6,681 nucleotides of DNA from Amoeboradix gromovi X-113 (GCA_018985225.1 JADGIF010000557.1:1-6681); one strand, 5' to 3'. Counted from the stretch's first letter, positions 1 through 6,441 are shown. Notes: generated by a model not told the origin, from the letters alone. Translations and numbers: made by a program.

Positions 1-174
1 GAAAATGCACCTTTTGCTTAGATGCTCAATGACCTCATATATTTGAACGAGATGCAGGGTCTTCTAGTTTTATTTTGAAGAGGAGATTGAAAATAATGAA
101 AGAAAATTGGTATAATAGAAGATCTTTTATTAATGATAGCATTTCCTCTGTATGGAGCACCTTCTTTAAAAACG

Positions 175-209
175 AGTTAGTCTAGTTTTTATATTTAGTG
201 CCCCAAATG
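175..209 (-). repeat. Copy A of a 35-nt non-coding repeat (inverted relative to copy B)
   Basis: Minus strand reads CATTTGGGGCACTAAATATAAAAACTAGACTAACT, 31/35 identical to 6442-6476 (+) without gaps. Confidence 0.8.
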
Positions 210-243
210 GTAAAACCAAAATAAACCGTTGCAAAATAGATAT

Positions 244-2691
244 TTATTGTATAAAAATCTCTTCTTCTTGCCTCCACTCTGTTCCGTTTATTCTGTATCC
301 CATTTCCATGTTATATATTCCATTTCTTGCAACAAGTACCAATAATTCAATTATTCCTTCTTGTCCATTTATCTTACTAACAGAATTTATGGTTTGTATA
401 TTTTTGTTCTTTAAATTCATTTCGATGCCATCCAATGCCATCAAGTCACTATAAATCGTTATTTCTATTTTCACCAACAAGCCACCTCTTGTAGCCTTTT
501 TCTTTGCAATTTTAATGTTTTTAATATACAAGTGCTTTATGTTTCTGTTCCTACACGTTGTATGTATATGATGTAATATTTTGCCAGCATTCTTGTACGA
601 TACAACCACAATCATTTGCCCTTTTGATACAGGTCTAGTCTGTATCAAGTAATCACCAACATATTTATATAAGCCTTTGCAGCTGCTATTTATAATTGTA
701 TACTCTTCATCGTTGCTTGTAATCAATCCGTCATCCTCTATAACTTTTATTTCATCGCTGCCAAACTCTAACACAGCTGACTTGATACTAGCACACCCGA
801 CATCTACTATATCCATACCCTTAACAGAGTATACGGTTAAATCATTGTTAACCAATTCGATCAGTCTGGGTACCTGACTATCAAGGCACTCAATTGAATG
901 GCAAAATTCATATGATTCGTTTGATTTTATCTTGCACTCGATGTTTAACTGCCCGCGCCTCTCTATCAAGTACTGGTACGCTATCACATTATCGCCTTGT
1001 TTTAACTTTATTTCCCTCGTTGGTAGTATGTTGAGTTCAATCTCACAACTGCATGGTATTTCACTATTAATTTTAATTTCAAAGGTTATAAACTCATTGA
1101 AATACACTACCTCAGGTATATCGTACGTTATCTTCAATATTGGGAGAGTATTGGCTATTATACTTAGATCATTAAAAATTAAAGTGAACAACAATTTGTT
1201 GGTGTATTGCAACTGATCTATAGTAAATGTGCCTGGAGAGAATGTGTGATTAAACAAAAGCAGGCTGTTGGAATATGCAGGGATCGTTGTGTTTGTAATA
1301 GTTGGTCTGATTATGATGTTCGTGTTCAACGGTGTGTTAAGCAACAGCTGAATATCTTGCATTGCCAAATCAAATGAATATGTGTTCTTGAGTGTTATTT
1401 CTATTACACTCTTTTGATCTGCGAGTACAGTCTTGCTTATTCTATTTACAAATTTACTGCATTCTACTGATCTAAAGGTTAAAGGAGCATATATAAGTGG
1501 TACTGTAGTTTTTATATGCGAGAAGCCATCAACCGCGCTATTTTGTTTGTTTAATTCATTCAGTAGCTGATTGTAGTCGTCGCTGGTTTTCACAAAAGGA
1601 AACAATTTGATGCCCATTTTATAAAGTAGCACAGAGTCATTGATTATTGGCAACAATGAGGACATATGTTTTAACAGGAATGGTGACTGGATAGTATCTA
1701 GTAAAGGAGAAATGATGGAATAATCAGTAACTTCAAGATGCAATAACAGCACAGATATGTAGCATTGTAGTCTAGTACTTGTCATGGGGAGCAACTGAGA
1801 GAGCAAAATGGATTTATGATACGCGGTGCACTTTGAATTTAGTATGATCTGGATAAAATGATGCAAATTGGCAATCTTGAACGTTTTGAGAGAAAGCTTC
1901 AAAAGCTCGGATATTACAGAGCGTAACCAATTAAATGGCTGCTGGTGGTACTTTATTAATGAAAACATGCTGATATTTATGATGGGGTGTGAATTTAGAT
2001 AAATCAGAGTAGACATTGCTTGACAATGACTAGCATACTCAAACTTGTTATCGGTTAAGAAATCACGCTCTAAAGTATCGTATAAAGCAGAGCAGTATGT
2101 CAAATCATTAATAAAATAACTTAAATCAGCTAATCTACGGGTTTGCAGTTCAGCATCTAAGTAAGTGTAATTGGACTTGGGATCATTGGACTTCCATATC
2201 TTGCGAGTTGTGGAGAAGAACCTACCAGCTATACCACGTCTTATTGCACCGACTTGCTCATGAAGATTGTGGAGCATGGCTTCAATAAATGGAAACAGCT
2301 GTGAATAAAAATGATTTAATAACAACGGAATCTGAAGTGGATCATCAAGTATATAGTTAACATTTTGATTAGAGTTGTTGTAAAGAATGGTGTATTCTAA
2401 ACAGTTGATGTCCATGAATGGTTTATCTAGGAAGAAATTCGATATTTGGAAATTGATATCCGGCAGTTCAGATTTATCTGTAAAAATAGAAAGTATAGCA
2501 ATAGGATGAGATAAACAGTCATATATTGATATTGGAGCATTAGACAATAAGTACAAGGGAAGATGTTGATCAACAGTTATTACAGCACCCTGGGGATTTT
2601 TGATGGACGTCGAATAAGTGACTCTTGTGTTTATAAGTGTATCTATTATATCTAGTGAAATGGTGGGGCTTGGGCATATTAATCCTATCAT
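244..2691 (-). CDS. TRAPPC8: TRAPP III complex subunit TRAPPC8/Trs85, divergent, about 815 aa
   Basis: The segment LHEQVGAIRRGIAGRFFSTTRKIW...Y..LDAELQTRRLADLSYFINDL..C.ALYDTLERDFLTDNKF.YASHCQAM matches the conserved Trs85/TRAPPC8 core as I recall it (EQV..RRG...RF; E.Q.RRLADL.F; Y..L..DF..D). The ORF track starts at TTG 2739; the first in-frame ATG is 2691 (MIGLICPSP...). Stop TAA at 246-244. Confidence 0.85.
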   Translation of the reverse strand: MIGLICPSPTISLDIIDTLINTRVTYSTSIKNPQGAVITVDQHLPLYLLSNAPISIYDCLSHPIAILSIFTDKSELPDINFQISNFFLDKPFMDINCLEYTILYNNSNQNVNYILDDPLQIPLLLNHFYSQLFPFIEAMLHNLHEQVGAIRRGIAGRFFSTTRKIWKSNDPKSNYTYLDAELQTRRLADLSYFINDLTYCSALYDTLERDFLTDNKFEYASHCQAMSTLIYLNSHPIINISMFSLIKYHQQPFNWLRSVISELLKLSLKTFKIANLHHFIQIILNSKCTAYHKSILLSQLLPMTSTRLQCYISVLLLHLEVTDYSIISPLLDTIQSPFLLKHMSSLLPIINDSVLLYKMGIKLFPFVKTSDDYNQLLNELNKQNSAVDGFSHIKTTVPLIYAPLTFRSVECSKFVNRISKTVLADQKSVIEITLKNTYSFDLAMQDIQLLLNTPLNTNIIIRPTITNTTIPAYSNSLLLFNHTFSPGTFTIDQLQYTNKLLFTLIFNDLSIIANTLPILKITYDIPEVVYFNEFITFEIKINSEIPCSCEIELNILPTREIKLKQGDNVIAYQYLIERRGQLNIECKIKSNESYEFCHSIECLDSQVPRLIELVNNDLTVYSVKGMDIVDVGCASIKSAVLEFGSDEIKVIEDDGLITSNDEEYTIINSSCKGLYKYVGDYLIQTRPVSKGQMIVVVSYKNAGKILHHIHTTCRNRNIKHLYIKNIKIAKKKATRGGLLVKIEITIYSDLMALDGIEMNLKNKNIQTINSVSKINGQEGIIELLVLVARNGIYNMEMGYRINGTEWRQEEEIFIQ

Positions 2692-2786
2692 AAAAGAGAG
2701 AACTCGTTTGAAAAAATAATTATTTCCAAACAGATGCAATAAAGAGGAATTTATTAATAAAACCTAGTCAATTATGGGTAATTAAG

Positions 2787-3113
2787 TTATTGCTCTCGCC
2801 ACAAGTGCTTGCATTTGCAGCATTTATAAAAAATTGTAGAGGGTTCATCAGCGCTCCTAGTCTGCACTTGCATAAAATAGGCTCTATCATGTTGGCAACC
2901 TGGACAAATTGTATCAGTAGCATCTACGTTTTTCCAAGCGTCCTCACCGCCAAGTACATCATCAATTTGTTTTTTTTTCAATGGCTGATAAAAACTATAT
3001 GAATCAGTGATATTGTAAATGTAAGGACACGAAGGGCATGAAAACCTATTGATACTCTGCATTTGGTCTGGTTCCACCAACAACATATTGCCACAATTTG
3101 GACAAAATATCAT
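2787..3113 (-). CDS. RPC11: RNA polymerase III subunit C11 (POLR3K), TFIIS-like RNA cleavage subunit, 108 aa
   Basis: N-terminal Zn ribbon FCPNCGNML...CPSCPY, linker DDVLGGEDAWKNVD, C-terminal Zn ribbon CPGC...QTRSADEP..IFYKCCKC.H.WRE. No intron. Confidence 0.97.
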   Translation of the reverse strand: MIFCPNCGNMLLVEPDQMQSINRFSCPSCPYIYNITDSYSFYQPLKKKQIDDVLGGEDAWKNVDATDTICPGCQHDRAYFMQVQTRSADEPSTIFYKCCKCKHLWREQ

Positions 3114-3139
3114 AAATTTGTTTCCTCCTGTGCAAACGA
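3114..3139. promoter_or_regulatory. 26-bp head-to-head gap between RPC11 and COX19, presumed bidirectional promoter region
   Basis: Divergent ATGs of two confidently identified genes at 3113 (-) and 3140 (+). Promoter function is inferred from position only. Confidence 0.5.
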
Positions 3140-3428
3140 ATGTCCAGTGTAGGTAACCCAGGAAACGTCAGCGGCGGAAAATATGCTAGTGCTCCTGATA
3201 AAGGATCTTTTCCTTTAGATAGAGAAATGAAGTGCAAACTAGATATGCAAAACTATATTTATTGCTTAAAAGAAAAGAAACAGAATTCCGAGACGTGCAG
3301 ATCGCTAAGTGCAAAATACCTTCGGTGTAGAATGAACAAGTATTTAAAGTTAATGTAGCGGCTTAATGGATCATGAAGATTTATCTGTTTTGGGCTTTCC
3401 AAGGGAATTAGAAGGAGAGAAGGAATAA
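3140..3428 (+). CDS. COX19: Cytochrome c oxidase assembly protein Cox19 (twin CX9C), join(3140..3339,3359..3428), 89 aa
   Basis: PDKGSFPLDREMKC-X9-C...C-X9-CRM. Removing the 19-nt intron 3340-3358 restores the family-typical tail RMNNGLMDHEDLSVLGF and ends PRELEGEKE at TAA 3426-3428 (270 nt in total). Confidence 0.95.
3340..3358 (+). other. 19-nt spliceosomal intron in COX19
   Basis: GTATTTAAAGTTAATGTAG with GT..AG ends. Its terminal TAG is the in-frame stop of the unspliced ORF, and excision restores conserved Cox19 residues. Confidence 0.9.
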
Positions 3429-3436
3429 ACAGAGAA

Positions 3437-3865
3437 ATGGGTAGCTTTTCTTGCGATATGTGTAATGATACAGTAAAAAAAGCTAAGGTTAAGATCCACA
3501 TAAAAAGTTGCTATACATCTTCCATATCTTGCATAGACTGTGGTGTCGGTTTTAATTTGCAGACTTACAACAGTCACAATCAATGCATGACTGAAAAGAA
3601 GAAATATGCTGGAGAATTAGCGCAAGAGCGCATAAATAAGCAGCAAGATATAAGTGTTATTGAACACGAACGTGTGGAACCCGCAAAAATTGTAAAACCT
3701 GTCGAGATTATTGATCTAGAAGTTGCGAAGGAAGATAACGATCCAGATCCCAAACTCTTGTCCAGAATAGCTAAGCATCTAAAGAAAGATAAAAAGAAGA
3801 AGTCCAAGAAATCTGATAGAGTTGTTGAAATCAATAAAAAAGCAAAGAAGTCTAGGAATAAGTAA
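3437..3865 (+). CDS. LYAR-type C2HC zinc-finger protein (UPF0743/LYAR family), 142 aa, probably nucleolar
   Basis: M.SFSCDMCNDTVKK.KV..H...C....ISCIDC...F....YNSH.QCMTE.KKY is the tandem LYAR zinc-finger pair. The C-terminus is Lys-rich (KHLKKDKKKKSKK). Confidence 0.92.
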   Translation: MGSFSCDMCNDTVKKAKVKIHIKSCYTSSISCIDCGVGFNLQTYNSHNQCMTEKKKYAGELAQERINKQQDISVIEHERVEPAKIVKPVEIIDLEVAKEDNDPDPKLLSRIAKHLKKDKKKKSKKSDRVVEINKKAKKSRNK

Positions 3866-3930
3866 ATTTATTGAACAGCTGCAACTGAACAACACGCATT
3901 TATTATAAAATTCTGACTCTGCAATCCAAA

Positions 3931-4404
3931 TTATGGGGAATACATCCGACTCATTTTCTTAATACTATTTTGCCTCTCAGTTAAACGCAAAGCTTTCCTA
4001 GGTCTACCCAGAAGATCAATAAAAAGTGTTACTACGCATAATATAATTGAATACAAGGCAATTTTAAACGCAATTTCCTGCAAATAATAGAAGAGAGCAC
4101 AAAATAAAGTCAGAATAAAAAAGCATGAGGTATAGGACCTCTCAGAGTCTTTAATGGTAAGATTGTCAAACTTTTCCAGAATCAGGCCTAAATCTTCCTC
4201 AATAAAAGGATTTTGTTTGTTTATCCTAGGATTTATTGGTCTACATGGAGATTCACTAATACTTAATAAACTGACATCGGGGTCTAATAGACTATCTTTT
4301 TGCAGAGATCTACAGCCATTTGGGTTAATTTTGTCTTCCCAAGGGTTGTAAGTGTTAATTGGTGAGTCATACCATCGCCTCTCTTTTAGTGGAGGGACAT
4401 TCAT
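3931..4404 (-). CDS. Hypothetical membrane protein, 157 aa, two C-terminal hydrophobic segments and a basic tail
   Basis: ATG-initiated ORF (CAAAATG) filling the space between known genes. Hydrophobic runs CFFILTLFCALFYYL and IALYSIILCVVTLFI follow a polar Ser/Pro/Asn-rich N-terminus. No family recognised. Confidence 0.65.
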   Translation of the reverse strand: MNVPPLKERRWYDSPINTYNPWEDKINPNGCRSLQKDSLLDPDVSLLSISESPCRPINPRINKQNPFIEEDLGLILEKFDNLTIKDSERSYTSCFFILTLFCALFYYLQEIAFKIALYSIILCVVTLFIDLLGRPRKALRLTERQNSIKKMSRMYSP

Positions 4405-4921
4405 TTTGTTTTGGGATAGGCCGCGAAAATTCGGGAAGTATAAGTCGGAGATACTCCCTGCGAGGCTGTCTCATGACAGAGTCTGCTAAACTCTAATCAA
4501 AGTTTTTCAAAAAAGAGTTTTTATACGATTATGTAATTTTGCGCTGTTTCTGTCTACACCTTGTAACGGAGCCAATTATGGATATCGGATAACTCAGATT
4601 AAGGGGATATGTTAAACGCATCAGGTTATGACTGGTAGATCTAATTTTAAGTATTAATTAAAACTGGGTGGTAAAACTATTACTGTTTACTTCGTTAGCG
4701 AATGCCTAGCAATGTTTTCAGTAATAGTTTGGATATTGTCTTATCAAGTTGTCTACACTTAATAATTCAGATCTTTGCATTTAACTTAGGCAAACTGTTA
4801 CTCAACATCAATTAGATACTTCTTGTGTCCTGGTTCTTTGAGTTATATTCTCAGTAAATGAATTTCTTCAATTTTCTTCTTTATCTCTTATCATTCAGGT
4901 TGCTTAATTTGTATAATTTTC

Positions 4922-5852
4922 ATGACAATAGTTCACCAAGAGGCAGCAAATTTTATTAAAAGTAAATGTGGTAAAAATGTACCCAAAATAATGATCATAT
5001 GCGGAACTGGACTAGGCCCCCTGTCAAATGAACTAAAAAATAGAACAATGATCAGTTATAAAGATATTCCAAACTATCCATCGACCACAATTCTAGGCCA
5101 CAAAGGCGAATTAGCAATTGGTCAATTGAACGGAATATGGGTTATTTGTGCACTTGGCAGATTTCATTACTATGAAGGGAATTCCATGGATATTGTAGCT
5201 TTTCCAGTTCGCGTTGCATATCGCATTGGAATTGAACTATTGATTGTAACAAATGCTGCTGGTGGACTGCAGGACAGGAAACACAAAGGGTTCAGTGTTG
5301 GTGATGTTATGCAAATTACTGATCACGTAGCTTTGCCTTGTTTGAGTGGTAACCATCCATTAAGAGGTCCTAATATCGATGTAGGACCAAGATTTGTTCC
5401 CATGGATAATGCATATGACAAATCTCTAATAAAGAAATGTGACGCTATAATTAAGTCTTTAAATTATGAAAACAGCTTTAAAAAAGGTGTTTATTGTATG
5501 GTTTCAGGTAGTTATCCGTAATTTAGGTCCCAGTTATGAGACTCCCGCTGAATGCAAATTTCTGAGGTTAATTGGAGATGCCGTAGGAATGAGTACCTGT
5601 CCGGAAGTTATTGTTGCGCGTCATTGTGGTATCAAGGTAGTTGGATTTAGCTTGATAACAAATATTGTAGTTGACGAAGATAGCACCACAACAACTCTAG
5701 TAGTAGATCAGTCTCCTAATAAAAAGAAGAAGTTGGAGGATGGAAGTAAGAAGGATAAAGAAGCAATGCATTTGGATGTCATTAAACAAGCTGAGTTGCA
5801 TGTAGGTAGATTGGCAGAAGTGATATCCGAACTTGTTAAACAGTATCAATAA
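4922..5852 (+). CDS. PNP1: Purine nucleoside phosphorylase, trimeric eukaryote-type, join(4922..5507,5527..5852), 303 aa
   Basis: Motifs [36 protein letters not shown]...[25 protein letters not shown]. Splicing out 5508-5526 joins ORFs 4922..5521 and 5466..5852 into the canonical [13 protein letters not shown] (912 nt in total). Confidence 0.97.
5508..5526 (+). other. 19-nt spliceosomal intron in PNP
   Basis: GTAGTTATCCGTAATTTAG with GT..AG ends and an in-frame TAA at 5519-5521. Excision rebuilds the Gly codon (G|GT) of the conserved GPSYE motif exactly. Confidence 0.93.
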
Positions 5853-5950
5853 AATTAATTCAACTGAACTGCTGTATCAGCGCTGAAGTAGAAATCAGTA
5901 GCAGTTTGACATTTTATTTATTTTTGAATTATATTTCTGAAACATTGCGA

Positions 5951-6247
5951 ATGTCTACCACTGAAGTAGAGGAAACCATGAAAAGATTAAGCAGCCATAA
6001 AGGAGTAGTTGGTGTATTGATTATCAACAGTGAGGGTATTCCAGTTAAATCTACCCTTGATAATGCACTTGCAGTTCAATATGCAGCACTAATATCACAA
6101 TTGAGTCAAAAAGCACAAATGGTAGTTCAGGATGTGGATCCTCAGGATGAATTACAATTTTTGAGGGTAAGAACTAAAAAATATGAATGGATGATTGCGC
6201 CTCATCAAGATTATTGCATGATGGTGATTCAAAACCCAACAGAGTGA
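5951..6247 (+). CDS. DYNLRB: Dynein light chain roadblock/LC7, 98 aa
   Basis: EVEETMKRLSSHKGVVG.LIINSEGIPVKSTLD...QYAALI.QL..KA...V.D.DPQDEL.FLRVRTKKYE.MIAP..DY...VIQNP. The true start is ATG 5951; the ORF track's 5906 start is TTG. Confidence 0.97.
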   Translation: MSTTEVEETMKRLSSHKGVVGVLIINSEGIPVKSTLDNALAVQYAALISQLSQKAQMVVQDVDPQDELQFLRVRTKKYEWMIAPHQDYCMMVIQNPTE

Positions 6248-6441
6248 AATAAATTCAAGTATCATGTAAAATTGTTTACTTTTTAAGCTTGTAATATATC
6301 TTACAAAGTTCTTTGCTAGTTATTATTCCAAATTTCGGGTTCTCAATATGCAAGGCGACAAAGTCAACGTACAATATATTGTTATTTATTTGTACCTGAG
6401 ATACCAATTGTAAAAAACTTTACTAGTTTTTAGAAGTAATA

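Noticed and set aside
3-185. Plus-strand frame KCTFCLDAQ*PHIFERD...KNELV* as a gene tail or selenoprotein with in-frame TGA
   Set aside because: No recognisable family, no redox motif around the TGA and no SECIS seen. It may be decayed sequence and cannot be judged at the window edge.
181-209. Repeat element as a canonical Helitron 3' end (hairpin then CTRR)
   Set aside because: CTAG/CTGG follows the hairpin but is followed by A, not the host T; identity continues beyond it; and the hairpin is AT-rich.
677-1216. Plus-strand ORFs 677..877 and 932..1216
   Set aside because: Antisense shadows inside TRAPPC8, with non-ATG starts and no recognisable motifs.
2790-3834. ORFs 2790..3002, 3046..3237, 3259..3501, 3371..3583 and 3580..3834
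   Set aside because: They overlap RPC11, COX19 or LYAR, mostly antisense, and have no protein features of their own.
4154-4351. 65-aa plus-strand ORF
   Set aside because: Antisense to the longer 157-aa ORF, with no motif.
4540-4640. Purine or TPP riboswitch upstream of PNP (GTTTCT..CTAC, ATCAGGTTA fragments)
   Set aside because: Only scattered words match; the required stems and conserved junctions are missing.
4424-4775. RNase P/MRP RNA (GAAAATTCGG and AATTCAGA resemble CR-I and CR-V words)
   Set aside because: The two words do not pair into a proper P4 helix and no other conserved regions were found.
4621-4920. Minus-strand protein-like frame (IKKKIEEIHLLRI*LKEPGHKKYLIDVE*...) as a pseudogene or TAR-recoded gene
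   Set aside because: Many stops including TGA, no identifiable homology, and neighbouring genes use TAA as stop. A tBLASTx search could revisit it.
5466-5527. PNP as a frameshifted pseudogene or programmed frameshift (two overlapping ORFs)
   Set aside because: A 19-nt GT-AG intron restores the exact GPSYE motif and matches the COX19 intron consensus.
6289-6395. Short palindromes TTGTAA/TTACAA, GTACAA/TTGTAC and ACAATATATTGT
   Set aside because: Expected by chance in very AT-rich sequence.
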